The notes beneath the pieces are model-generated. The model did no database searches. It had not been told where the DNA came from and worked only from the letters and a program-made list of their open reading frames with translations. The position numbers and the translations under genes are program-made. 64,000 nt of DNA, taken from assembly GCA_965206595.1 (NCBI GenBank), contig OZ242214.1, forward strand, positions 3,232,001 to 3,296,000, in the 5' to 3' direction. Numbering within the stretch: position 1 is the first letter of the stretch; the number at the start of each line of letters is the position of its first letter. This document shows, one piece after another, positions 55,113-64,000 of the stretch. Source of the DNA: Candidatus Latescibacterota bacterium (lineage in GTDB: Bacteria; Latescibacterota; UBA2968; UBA8231).

Positions 55113-56314
55113 TTTCCTGAGTTGCTGAGCGATGGCGCATGTTGCACAGCTTCGCCGTTTCTCATCTCGATCTTGCCAGTAACAGCAGCCGCGATGAGGG
55201 CGGCGCGGCGCTCCTTGAGGAGAGCAACCGTGCTTTCCGTCGATTCCCTCAGTTCCTCGAGTCTCTTCGCCTCGAATGCAATTTGCTCGACAATCTCCGC
55301 CTGCTCTTGGACGGGAGGCAATGGAACTTCAATGTCGCGGAAGCCTGTCCAATAGAGACGCAACCTATCCCACACGATTCCGTGGGAGTGGCGCGCACAC
55401 TCCGCACTGAAAGCAGCAGTTTGAAAGAGTCTTTTTGCGTACGCTGAAGACAAAAGCCCGACGGGTTCCGCAACCACATAGTCCGGACTCACTAGGCCGT
55501 CCTCAGGGGCTATGCCAACTGCCCCTTGCCACATCCGCATCTTGTTGAACACCACATCACCTTGGCGAGCAACTTTATACGTGTTGAAATCGGCTGCTGT
55601 GCTCTCGATTCGTTCCTCGGAAAATTCACGCAAGATGACACCATGGTTGATCGAAACTTCCAACAGCGGAAGATCCGGCTCCCCTCGTTCGTCACGCTCG
55701 CTGAATAGCCAGGCTACCCGCCGCGTCTTCCAATGTGCAGGAATCACACCAAGCCAGGGGATGCCGGAATCGCGGAGCGGCAGGGCAGGGTCGAGGCCAC
55801 AGGTAACGGCACGGGTTATGAGAGCACGGCGCTTCTCGGCCAGCAGGTCCAGCAACTGCTCCTTCTCTGCTACCAGTTCATCCAGCCGCGCCGTCTCGCG
55901 GTCGAGGTAGCTGGCAATGGTGCGTTGCTGGGACAGAGGTGGGACAAACACCTCTCTGGCGTAGGCGGTTTCACGATTGAGGCCCGGAACTGCTGCTTCG
56001 TCCGTTCCTTCATCAAGTCGCAAAGTTTGAAGGAGCCAGTAGAGCCAGCGCAAATGGTTCCTGCTAACCGATTCGTCAATGAAGAAGGTCGTATCAGAAG
56101 CGAAGCACGGTTCCGCAGTCCAGTTGACCTTGCCATAAGAGCCTTTTCGCCCAATGATGATCGCTGGCGCTCCGGTGTTAGTCCTTGAGAAAGAAGCAAA
56201 TGGTCCGTTGGAGCCAAACACACGAAAGGTGCCATCAAGTGGCTCGTCACTCGGCAGAGCGTCGCCGTAGCCTAAACGAGCGACAAATTTCAGCTTTGCC
56301 CTCGGCCACATCAC
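55109..56314 (-). CDS. hsdS: Type I R-M specificity subunit
   Basis: Two TRD/conserved halves: PPLSQQRTIASYLDRETARLD...KRRALITRAVTCGLDP...DSGIPWLGVIPAHW; PPVQEQ...ERRAALIAAAVTGKI. Confidence 0.92.
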   Translation of the reverse strand: MMWPRAKLKFVARLGYGDALPSDEPLDGTFRVFGSNGPFASFSRTNTGAPAIIIGRKGSYGKVNWTAEPCFASDTTFFIDESVSRNHLRWLYWLLQTLRLDEGTDEAAVPGLNRETAYAREVFVPPLSQQRTIASYLDRETARLDELVAEKEQLLDLLAEKRRALITRAVTCGLDPALPLRDSGIPWLGVIPAHWKTRRVAWLFSERDERGEPDLPLLEVSINHGVILREFSEERIESTAADFNTYKVARQGDVVFNKMRMWQGAVGIAPEDGLVSPDYVVAEPVGLLSSAYAKRLFQTAAFSAECARHSHGIVWDRLRLYWTGFRDIEVPLPPVQEQAEIVEQIAFEAKRLEELRESTESTVALLKERRAALIAAAVTGKIEMRNGEAVQHAPSLSNSGK

Positions 56315-56430
56315 TGCATCACCTCCTGCAACAGCCGCAAGATCGTTTTCTCCACTTTTCCAGAGCCCCCATCGGCCTGGGGCTCCGATCTGGTCGAGAC
56401 TTCTGATCGTCTACTTCGATCGTACACCAT
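56311..56430 (-). CDS. 39-aa bridging ORF ending like HsdM
   Basis: MVYDRSRRSEVSTRSEPQADGGSGKVEKTILRLLQEVMQ*; TGATG overlap upstream and GTGA/TGATG overlap with hsdS. Confidence 0.55.
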   Translation of the reverse strand: MVYDRSRRSEVSTRSEPQADGGSGKVEKTILRLLQEVMQ

Positions 56431-56807
56431 CAGCCAGGGTCAACGCGATACTGCCAGCCGCGAAGCACCGCGGCACGCGTCAAGTATTTCGCCTTCGTCT
56501 TGATGTCCGCGTTGGAGCAATCGCGGAAGTCGATCACTACGTGTTCTGGAAACGGCTCCGGATCAGGCGTTACAGGCAGCTCCTGTTTTCCGCATTCTGC
56601 TACGGTCAAGGCCATGACGCCAACCGATGTCAGGCCCAATTTATGGGTGTAGTGGCAATACGCCTGCTGAGCCGTCATCTGGTCTCCGTCGTAAACGGAG
56701 AGTTTCCCTTGGTCCTTTGCCGTCGGTTTGAACGCCTGGGAGGTGACTCTTCCTTCTCGAATCCAACCTGGGTTCACCTGTCGTAGCAGCAAGGTGTCCA
56801 GTGTCAT
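56430..56807 (-). CDS. Small putative toxin, possibly ADP-ribosyltransferase-like
   Basis: LLRQV...TSQAF.P...LSVYD...PEHVVIDF pattern; ATGA overlap with upstream gene; fold is inferred. Confidence 0.55.
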   Translation of the reverse strand: MTLDTLLLRQVNPGWIREGRVTSQAFKPTAKDQGKLSVYDGDQMTAQQAYCHYTHKLGLTSVGVMALTVAECGKQELPVTPDPEPFPEHVVIDFRDCSNADIKTKAKYLTRAAVLRGWQYRVDPG

Positions 56808-57931
56808 ACACGGCCCGAAGTCATGGCCTCGATCTGGTCGACCAGCCACTTCCAGTCATCGCCAGCGTCACAATTCAACGTGCGCTCGGAAGCGACGTTG
56901 GACACCATGTTGAGCGCGTGCCATTCGCCGGAACGGGTTTCGAGATTCACATCGAACGTGACCTCGTTCGGGCCGAGGGACCATTCAGCTTGAACGCCTC
57001 CCGATTCCGTTGGGTAGAGGTGTGGCAACGGCGCCTCATCGGAAAAGTGCCGGTCGAAGGCGTCGTTCAGCCAATCGAGGCCCGCGCTTGGTGGGGCAAG
57101 TCCCTCTCCTTCGAGCCAGCCGTTCTGCAATAGGCGCAGGTCGTCGAGTTGCGCGCCGACATCCAAAGCGTCGAGAATGCTCAGATGTTCAATTGTATCG
57201 AAATCGATAAACTGATCACCGCGACTGAAACGTCCGATGCCCTGGAACAACGCGCGAATTCCGTTCTGGTATCCCTTGAACGCTTCGAGGATAGTGTCGA
57301 GGTGCTGCGAGGCAATCGGAGCTTTGACCTTGCTGCCGTCTATCAACTGAATCTGGAAGCTCATGTCGTCCTGGTCAGCCTCGGGCACTGTACCTCGAAT
57401 CGAAACTTCCTCGGTCAGTTCCTTCACTTTGGGCGACGCAAGGACCAAGCGTCGTCGGATGTCCCTGGTGAGCTTGGCCGTGATTTTGTTGTCAGGATCA
57501 TCGAATAAAACCGCTTCACCCTCCTTCAGGCTTCGCCCTAGCTTGTCGAAGTAGCCCAGCGTCCCCTCCGGCAGATGCGGCTCGATGGGACGTTCGTGTT
57601 CCGCTGCACTGATAGCTTGGATGATCGCGTCGCGCGCGTAACCGGAATAGGTCTGGCTGACTGTCGGAAGCAAGGTCGGCGGTTCCGAGGCCATTCGGAT
57701 GTCCAGGGATGTACTGCCAGGACTGATCGCGGCGAGCCCCAATTGGATGTTCTTCGTGAAGCCACGGGGTGACCGCTGACGATTCGGGTGATCCGTGAGG
57801 AATTTGGCCTTGGCGACTTCAACGACCATTTCTTCCAGCACCGCGACATCTTTCAAGAATTCCAGCGGGACGGAGTGGTCATCGTAGCGCGCTCCGACGA
57901 GACGCAAGCGCATGAAGGGTTCCGTGCTCAT
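56804..57931 (-). CDS. Large putative antitoxin (GST-motif domain + OB-like domain + C-terminal GW..P..GG.Q.EW domain)
   Basis: Coupled to hsdM and to the downstream small gene; C-domain LDDLRLLQNGWLEGEG...PHLYPTESGGVQAEW. Confidence 0.6.
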   Translation of the reverse strand: MSTEPFMRLRLVGARYDDHSVPLEFLKDVAVLEEMVVEVAKAKFLTDHPNRQRSPRGFTKNIQLGLAAISPGSTSLDIRMASEPPTLLPTVSQTYSGYARDAIIQAISAAEHERPIEPHLPEGTLGYFDKLGRSLKEGEAVLFDDPDNKITAKLTRDIRRRLVLASPKVKELTEEVSIRGTVPEADQDDMSFQIQLIDGSKVKAPIASQHLDTILEAFKGYQNGIRALFQGIGRFSRGDQFIDFDTIEHLSILDALDVGAQLDDLRLLQNGWLEGEGLAPPSAGLDWLNDAFDRHFSDEAPLPHLYPTESGGVQAEWSLGPNEVTFDVNLETRSGEWHALNMVSNVASERTLNCDAGDDWKWLVDQIEAMTSGRV

Positions 57932-59913
57932 GAAGTCACCTCCCGCAACAGGCGCATGATCTTCTCCTCTGCCTCCTTCAAATCCGCGTCGATCTCCTCC
58001 AGCGGTCGTGGCGGTGTGTACTTGTAGAAGTGGCGATTGAAGTTGATCTCGTAGCCGACCTTGTCCTTGCCGCGGTCCATCCAGGCGTCGGGAACGTGGG
58101 GGGCTACCTCCCGTTTGAAGTAGGCGTCGACGTTGTCTTTAAGCGGCACGTTCTCGAAGTCGCGCAGCTTGGTGTCGGGCTCGCAGCCTTTCTCCCGGCC
58201 ATCCTTCCTTACCCGCTCGGCCTGCGGGTCCTTCTCGGTGAAGACATCCCGGAAGAGATTCTGTTCCGCCTTCTTCCAGCGCGATTGACGCTTATGCAAA
58301 AGAGCCACAATTCTCCCCCATGCCGCATTCCAGTCGTGCTCCGGCTCTCGCCCCAACTCTTTGTCGATGGCCTGCACATCGTCGAGCAGATACGGGCAGG
58401 CATCGAGGAAGCGGGCCTTGTCTTCTATGGTCATCTGGTAGCGCAAGCGCAGGGGGCGCTCCACGGTCACGCGTGTGTACCCGAAGTCGGCGTTGTCGAA
58501 GACTCTGGAGCGTTCGCCGTCCTCGAAGCGGCCGTACAGCCGCACGATCTCCTCGATCTGCCCTGAGGTAAGGTGGCGGCGCTTGTCGCCAAGGCTGCGC
58601 TTGTTGTCTTCGCTTCCCCCCGCGGTCCACAGGTCGCGGGCGTCGAGGAGCTGTATCCGCCCCTGCCGGCGCTCCTCCTTGCGGTTGGTGACGATCCAGA
58701 CGTAGGTGCCGATTCCGGTGTTGTAGAACATCTGCTCGGGCAGGGCGATGATGGCTTCGAGCCAGTCGTTCTCGATGATCCACTTGCGAATGTCGCTCTC
58801 CCCGGACCCGGAGCCTCCGGTGAAAAGCGGCGAGCCGCTGAACACGATGGCGAGCCGCGAGCCGTGTTTGTGTTTCCGCGGCCGCACCGGTTCCCGCTTG
58901 TGCCACATGTGCTGCAGGAAGAGCAGCGAGCCGTCGTTCACGCGCGGAAGCCCTGCCCCGAAACGGCCCTCGAATCCGAGCTTGTCGTGCTCGCGCTGGA
59001 CCTCATTCTTCTGCCTCTTCCAGTCCACGCCGAAGGGAGGATTGGTGAGGAAGTAGTCGAAGGTCTCGCCCTCGAACCGGTCCTCGGTCAAGCTGTCGCC
59101 GAAGCGGACGTTGTCTCCGCCGCCGTTGTGGTCGACCTGCTTCATCAGCATGTCGGAGGCCGCGGTGGCGAAAGCGCGGTTGTTGTAGTCCTGCCCGTAG
59201 ACGTAGAGCCGTGCCGCATCGTGGTGGTCTCGCAGGTAGTTCTGCGCTTCGGCCAGCATGCCGCCCGTTCCGCAGGCGGGGTCGAGGAGCTTGCGCACGG
59301 TTCCGGGTGTGGCGAGCAGTTGGTCGTCCTGAATTAAGAGGATGCTCACCATCAGCCGGATGACCTCTCGCGGCGTGAAGTGGTCGCCCGCGGTCTCGTT
59401 CGCCAGTTCGTTGAAGCGGCGGATGAGATTTTCGAAGAGGAGTCCCATCTGCTCGTTCGGGAACCTGTCGGGGTGCAGGTCCACGTCGCAGAACTTCGAG
59501 ACGACGAGGTACAGGATATTGCTCTCCTGCATCTTCTCGATCTCGCTCTCGAACTCGAAGAACTCGAAGATGTCGCGCACGTTGGCCGAAAAGCCCTGGA
59601 TATAGCTGACGAGGTGCGGGGCAATGTTGTCCGGATCTCCCTTGAGCTTGTCGAAATCGAGGTCTGAGTGGTTGTGGAAGCGCTGGCCCGCGGCCCTGTT
59701 CAGCCTGGCGTCGAGCGCTTCGCCGTCGAGTCTGCCGCGCCAGCGATCATATTCGGACAGGACCTTTGGCTTGCTCGGCGCGAGCACGCAGTCGAACCGC
59801 CGCAGCACGGTCATGGGCAGCATGACGCGCTCGTACTGCGGCGGGCGGTAGGGACCGCGCAGCAGGTCGGCGATCTGCCAGATCAGGCTGGCGAAGTAGC
59901 TGTGGTCAGGCAT
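57928..59913 (-). CDS. hsdM: Type I R-M N6-adenine methyltransferase subunit
   Basis: IWQIADLLRG, GDHFTPREV, DPACGTGGML, NPPFG, MFYNTGI, GYEINFNRHFY. Confidence 0.95.
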   Translation of the reverse strand: MPDHSYFASLIWQIADLLRGPYRPPQYERVMLPMTVLRRFDCVLAPSKPKVLSEYDRWRGRLDGEALDARLNRAAGQRFHNHSDLDFDKLKGDPDNIAPHLVSYIQGFSANVRDIFEFFEFESEIEKMQESNILYLVVSKFCDVDLHPDRFPNEQMGLLFENLIRRFNELANETAGDHFTPREVIRLMVSILLIQDDQLLATPGTVRKLLDPACGTGGMLAEAQNYLRDHHDAARLYVYGQDYNNRAFATAASDMLMKQVDHNGGGDNVRFGDSLTEDRFEGETFDYFLTNPPFGVDWKRQKNEVQREHDKLGFEGRFGAGLPRVNDGSLLFLQHMWHKREPVRPRKHKHGSRLAIVFSGSPLFTGGSGSGESDIRKWIIENDWLEAIIALPEQMFYNTGIGTYVWIVTNRKEERRQGRIQLLDARDLWTAGGSEDNKRSLGDKRRHLTSGQIEEIVRLYGRFEDGERSRVFDNADFGYTRVTVERPLRLRYQMTIEDKARFLDACPYLLDDVQAIDKELGREPEHDWNAAWGRIVALLHKRQSRWKKAEQNLFRDVFTEKDPQAERVRKDGREKGCEPDTKLRDFENVPLKDNVDAYFKREVAPHVPDAWMDRGKDKVGYEINFNRHFYKYTPPRPLEEIDADLKEAEEKIMRLLREVTS

Positions 59914-60010
59914 GTCATCACCTTCGCGTGCTTACCGCGTCAGGGATCCCCGCGAAAACCGTCAACACTAGAAATTTACGAAACACCCTAAGCCGCGCCT
60001 CCGCCCGCCG

Positions 60011-60600
60011 CTACCCGTAACGCACCCCGGTCGGAATCACCCCGGCATCCTCTCCCCGCTGCAGGGCCTCGGCCGTCTCGACCAGGCTCAGCAGGTCGTG
60101 CTTCGGCTCGAACCCCAGCAGCCTGTCGATCTTGCCGAGGTCGAGGTCGAAGTAGTTGGGCGTCGGCAGCTTCGCCTCGACGTATTCCATGCCGTAGCGC
60201 TCCGCCAGGAAGGGGATCGCCTCCCCCCAGTCGAAGCGGACGGCGCCGCCGAGGTTGAAGATCTCGCCGGCCGCCTCTTCCCTCTCGATCCCGAGCAGCA
60301 GGCCGCGGGCGATGTCGCGGACGTCGGCGAAGGGCTGCTTCTGCGGCACCCCGTTGGGATTGAGCAGCACCACGAGCTTCTCCTCCCCCTGCCACAGGGA
60401 GCGGATGCGGTCGTACATCTCGCGATCTTCCCGGGTTTCCCCCTCGGCCTCCCCGTAGCGCCCGTACAGGTCGCTGAGGAAGAACCGGTACGGCCTGCCT
60501 CGGCGTCGAGGAACTCGCTGGGCTCGAGGATGGTGGCGAAGCTGCGCACGTCGTAACCGGCGCCGACCCGGCCGGTGGCGCCGGTTACGAGGATTTTCAC
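60011..60600 (-). pseudogene. NAD-dependent epimerase/dehydratase with large internal deletions
   Basis: KILVTGATGRVG jumps almost directly to late motifs (ADVRDIARGLL, GEIFNLGG, KIDRLLGFEPK); about 590 bp; frameshift near 60500. Confidence 0.75.
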
Positions 60601-60690
60601 GGGAAGTCCCTGGGTGCTGTGCGCCGCGGGTCCGAAGGCACTCGGGCATGATGGGGCGCGGGTGGAAAGGGGCAGGTGAACGGACCGCGG

Positions 60691-61488
60691 CTACCTGCCG
60701 GGCTGCGCGTAGGCATCCGGGTCGCGGTCGACCTCGGCGACCAGGGTCTCGATGAAGTCGCGGATGGGAAACAGCCGGGAGTAGGAGTCGCCGGCGCGCC
60801 CGCGCCGCAGGCGGCCCTGGCGGTCCCACCAGGCCCCGAGGATTTCGCGGTCGATGCCCGGGTAAACCGCCTTCGGGTCCTCCTCGAGCATCCGGTTCCA
60901 GCGTATGACTTCGACGAGGTGGATGTAGGTCACGGTGTCGTAGGTGGTGCCGAGCATCAGCAGCTTGCCGCCGCGCTCGTAAGCCCGGTACATCGGCGAG
61001 TGGGCGCCGTAGGTGCGTCCCCCCGGCGGGTAATCCCAGCCCGACACCAACCCCTCGTTCTCGAGATGGCCGGCGACGAAGGCCTCGGCCCCCTTGCCGC
61101 GCGCGGCGACCGCGTGCGAGTAGTGGTCGGAGCGGAAGGTGCCGGGCATGAGGCGGAAGAACTCGGTCAGCCAGCCGACCGAAGACGGGGTGGTCTCGCA
61201 GTCCCAGAGCTCGGCGCGGCCCTGGCGCAGCCGGTAGCGCTCGGCCAGGCTGGGATCGGCGGCGATTTCGGGAGACGGCGGATTGGACGGATCGCGCCAG
61301 ATCAAGTGGAACGACGGCATCAGCACGAGCCCCTCCGGGCCGACGGCGTCCTCGAGGGCGGCGACCACCGTGCGGGCGCGCCCCTTTACCGGCCCCAGGC
61401 TCTTGAAGGAAGAGTGAACGAACAGTATGTCCCCCGGCCCCACTCCGAGAGCGGTGAAGTCGTCGGCCAGCCCCTGCCGCGTGTACAT
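60691..61488 (-). CDS. AAC(3)/YokD-family N-acetyltransferase
   Basis: LGVGPGDILFVHSSFKSLG, GLVLMPSF, VGWLTEFFR, RSDH, T.IHLVE. Confidence 0.88.
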   Translation of the reverse strand: MYTRQGLADDFTALGVGPGDILFVHSSFKSLGPVKGRARTVVAALEDAVGPEGLVLMPSFHLIWRDPSNPPSPEIAADPSLAERYRLRQGRAELWDCETTPSSVGWLTEFFRLMPGTFRSDHYSHAVAARGKGAEAFVAGHLENEGLVSGWDYPPGGRTYGAHSPMYRAYERGGKLLMLGTTYDTVTYIHLVEVIRWNRMLEEDPKAVYPGIDREILGAWWDRQGRLRRGRAGDSYSRLFPIRDFIETLVAEVDRDPDAYAQPGR

Positions 61489-61497
61489 GGCGCCTCG

Positions 61498-62481
61498 CTA
61501 CGACCCGCCGACCACCAGGGCCTGCGGCTCTTCGCCGCGGGCGAAGCGGGCGAGGTTCTCGGCGGCGAAGGCGGCGCGCTTGCGGGAGGTGCCGTCGGTG
61601 CCGCCGGCGGTGTGGGGCAGGACGACGACGTTGGGCAGCTGGAACACCGGCAGGCTCGGGTCCGGGGGCTCCTGGGCAAAGGCGTCGAGACCGGCGCCGC
61701 CGATGCGTCCCTCCATCAGCGCCGCGTAGAGCGCCTCCTCGTCGGCGAGGCCGCCGCGGCAGACGTTGATGTAGCAGGCGGTCGCCTTCATCAGCCCGAT
61801 GCGGCGCGCGTCGATGATGTGCCGGGTCTCGTCGTTCAGATGCAGGTGGCAGGAGAGGAAGTCGCAGCGCCCCACCATGGCGTCGAGATCCTCCGGCCCC
61901 CCGAGGAAATCGGGCCGGATCTCGTCGAGAATCTCCGCGTCGATCTCGCGCACGTCGATCGCCTCTAGGCGCATGCCGAACGGCCGGGCCCGGCGCGCCA
62001 GCTCGGTGCCGCTGGCCCCGAGGCCGACGATGCCGAGGGTCATGCCGACCAGCTCCCTTCCGCGCGGCATGAAGAACGGCCCCTGCGCGAAGTTGACCTG
62101 GGCCTCGCGGTAGCGCCCGGCCAGCATCAGGATGAACATCATGGCGTTCTGGGCCAGGGCCACGGCGCTGAGATGGCCCGGGGCGTGGGCGGTCATCAAC
62201 CCCTTCCCGCGCAGGTACTCGAGGTCGATATGGTCGAGCCCGTTCGTCTGCAGCTGCAGGAAACGGACGCCGCCGGCGACCGCGGCGTCGATCACCTCCC
62301 GGGCCGGACCGGACCCCTGGTCGACCATCGCCTCGATGCCGGCGAACTGCGGCGGCAGGGGGGCGTCCCGGTCGAAGCGGCGCACCTCGAAGCGATCCTC
62401 CAGCGCCTGGACCAGGTCGGCCGTCCAAGCGGACAGCTCCGGCAATTCGTGCGGGATAAACAGTACTTCCGGTTTGCTCAT
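61498..62481 (-). CDS. D-isomer-specific 2-hydroxyacid dehydrogenase
   Basis: GIVGLGASG, INVCRGG, GAGLDAFAQEP, LPHTAG; start MSKPEV at 62481 overlaps upstream stop. Confidence 0.9.
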   Translation of the reverse strand: MSKPEVLFIPHELPELSAWTADLVQALEDRFEVRRFDRDAPLPPQFAGIEAMVDQGSGPAREVIDAAVAGGVRFLQLQTNGLDHIDLEYLRGKGLMTAHAPGHLSAVALAQNAMMFILMLAGRYREAQVNFAQGPFFMPRGRELVGMTLGIVGLGASGTELARRARPFGMRLEAIDVREIDAEILDEIRPDFLGGPEDLDAMVGRCDFLSCHLHLNDETRHIIDARRIGLMKATACYINVCRGGLADEEALYAALMEGRIGGAGLDAFAQEPPDPSLPVFQLPNVVVLPHTAGGTDGTSRKRAAFAAENLARFARGEEPQALVVGGS

Positions 62482-63434
62482 CGGTATCCTTCCGGTGAAG
62501 TGAATCGCCGCAGATCCTCGTCGCTCGCGGCGGTCCGGTCGTCCCATTCCCCCATGGCGAAACCGCGTTCGTCCGCCGGCGTCGCCAGGTCGCGGTAGCG
62601 CGCCCCGCGCGTCCACACCTGCTTGCCCTCGAACAGGACCTTCAGCTGTTCGGGAATGCGCTCCCGGAACCCGGGGCTGAGCTCGCCGTGATCCCAGTAG
62701 GGGAACATCGTCGACCCGTACCCGGTTATGATGATGATGCGTTCGCGGTCGCAGCGGATCGGCCCGGTGGCGTGCGCAAGGGTTTCGCAGAACAGCAGCG
62801 TCGACCCGGCCGGGGCGACCACCTGGTGAACGAGCGACCGGTCCTCTTCGGCCAGGGCGATCAGCTCGTTCGCCGGGGCGTCGATCTTGTGGCTGCCGGC
62901 GATGACGGCTGTGCCGCCGTCGTCCGGTCCGAGGTCGGTGAGGTTGGTCAGGGTCTTGACGAAGTTGCAGTGGAAGAGCCCGTCGTGGGTGTGGCCGGCG
63001 TAGGGGACGTCGGTGCCGCGGTGAAAGCCGGTCAGGTTTTCCTCCCAGGTGTTGTCCGGGTCGCGGGAGTTGATGTGGGCGTTCATCTCGACGATGCGCG
63101 CCTCGCCGCCCATCAGCTCCTCGGCGAGGGAGACCATGTACGGGTGGGTGGCGTAGGCGGTGATCGCCGGGTCGGACTCCCAGATGTTGACGGCGAACCT
63201 GTGGCACGGTTTGTCGGCCCCGAGAAAGGCACCCCGCACCCGGGGGCCGTTCGGGCCGCGGTCCTCGAGGGCGTCGAGGTCGGCGAACAGGCGGTACAGC
63301 GCCTCCTTCAGGCGCCCGACCTCGTCGCCGCTCAGGGCGTTCTCGAGGACGACGTACCCGTACACCTCGAGGTGGTAGCGCTGCGCCGGGGTCAGCGGTG
63401 GAAACGGACGCCGGAAGGTCGCCGCGGCGGACAT
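62478..63434 (-). CDS. Phytanoyl-CoA dioxygenase (PhyH) family protein
   Basis: YGYVVLENALS, FHRG, LTDLGPDDGGTAVIAGSHK, AGSTLLF.E.LAH. Confidence 0.85.
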   Translation of the reverse strand: MSAAATFRRPFPPLTPAQRYHLEVYGYVVLENALSGDEVGRLKEALYRLFADLDALEDRGPNGPRVRGAFLGADKPCHRFAVNIWESDPAITAYATHPYMVSLAEELMGGEARIVEMNAHINSRDPDNTWEENLTGFHRGTDVPYAGHTHDGLFHCNFVKTLTNLTDLGPDDGGTAVIAGSHKIDAPANELIALAEEDRSLVHQVVAPAGSTLLFCETLAHATGPIRCDRERIIIITGYGSTMFPYWDHGELSPGFRERIPEQLKVLFEGKQVWTRGARYRDLATPADERGFAMGEWDDRTAASDEDLRRFTSPEGYR

Positions 63435-63437
63435 CGG

Positions 63438-64000
63438 CTACGCGGTTCCTTTCAGGTAGGCTTGGCGGCGGCGCTCGGGGAAGCGCTCGATGGCGTAGCG
63501 GAGCATGGTGCGCGGCATGCGCCCGTAGCGGTCCTGCAGGAACTCCTCCTCGCGCCGGAGGTCGCGCTTGCCCACCTCCCGCAGCATCCAGCCGACCGCC
63601 TTGTGAATGAGGTCCTCGCCGTCGTCGAGGAGGCGATCGGCTATGCGCAAGGTGTCGTCGAACTGTTCCCGCTGGATGAAGAAGAAGGTGGCGATTACGG
63701 CGATCCGCCGTTCCCAGAAGTTTTTCGAGCGGGCCAGGCGGTCGAGGTGGCGGCGGCTGCGGTTTTCCAGGTGCGGCCCGACGATCTTGTGGGCGGAGGC
63801 ATCGACGAGATCCCAGTTGTTGATGAAGGCGGTGTGGCCGAGGTAGGCGTCGTAGATCCGCTTGCGCTCCGCAGCGTCTCCGCGCTTGTACTGATCGCAG
63901 AGAATGAGCAGGGCGAGCAGGCGCTCCTCGTGAATGGCGGAGCGAAGCAGCGCCAGCACCTCGTCGTGGGCCAGGGCGCGGTATTGTTTTGCGACCCCGC
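63438..64000 (-). CDS. DNA alkylation repair protein (AlkD-like), 5' end outside window
   Basis: HEERLLAL, INNWDLVD, WERRIA, DLIHKAVGWMLREVGK, MPRTMLRYAIE. Confidence 0.88.
   Translation of the reverse strand, partial: GVAKQYRALAHDEVLALLRSAIHEERLLALLILCDQYKRGDAAERKRIYDAYLGHTAFINNWDLVDASAHKIVGPHLENRSRRHLDRLARSKNFWERRIAVIATFFFIQREQFDDTLRIADRLLDDGEDLIHKAVGWMLREVGKRDLRREEEFLQDRYGRMPRTMLRYAIERFPERRRQAYLKGTA

Noticed and set aside
55109-56314. Phase-variable or invertible hsdS
   Set aside because: Single hsdS, no recombinase, inverted repeats or simple-sequence tract seen.
60011-62428. 805-aa minus-strand ORF
   Set aside because: Alternative-frame shadow over two real genes; only its last ~160 codons belong to the epimerase remnant.

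Overview
GC-rich bacterial chromosome segment. FlgD-Ig/T9SS-like and EF-hand tails, (S/T)WGxxK C-termini, PhyH, LRR and FN3 expansions suggest a Latescibacterota/Poribacteria-like host-associated organism (inference only). Two accessory regions stand out. (1) ~2.2-46.5 kb: a same-strand array of five large secreted 'head + stalk' genes. The N-terminal heads vary (3x M6 metalloprotease, 1x Vps62-like, 1x PL14-like lyase) while the FN3/cadherin stalks are near-identical and mosaic at the DNA level. They alternate with small secreted partner genes (3x uncharacterised 'PLEVGN' family, TolB-like propellers) ending in a shared (S/T)WGxxK tail. The array carries six IS elements (IS5, IS1380 remnant, IS481, 2x IS701-like, IS630), deletion scars and frameshifts. 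(2) 49.1-59.9 kb: a type I restriction-modification operon whose HsdR is fused to a LexA-like S24 peptidase. It is interleaved with two toxin-antitoxin-like pairs whose antitoxins share a large N-terminal region but have different tails and toxins (ART-like, PIN), plus an Abi_C/HEPN gene and DUF433. Flanks: ABC transporter, DUF4389, ribokinase, enolase-superfamily enzyme, AAC(3)-like, 2-hydroxyacid dehydrogenase, PhyH, AlkD-like. Many single-base homopolymer frameshifts may be assembly errors. No rRNA, tRNA, CRISPR array or reverse transcriptase was seen. All family assignments are from motif recognition by eye, not database searches.
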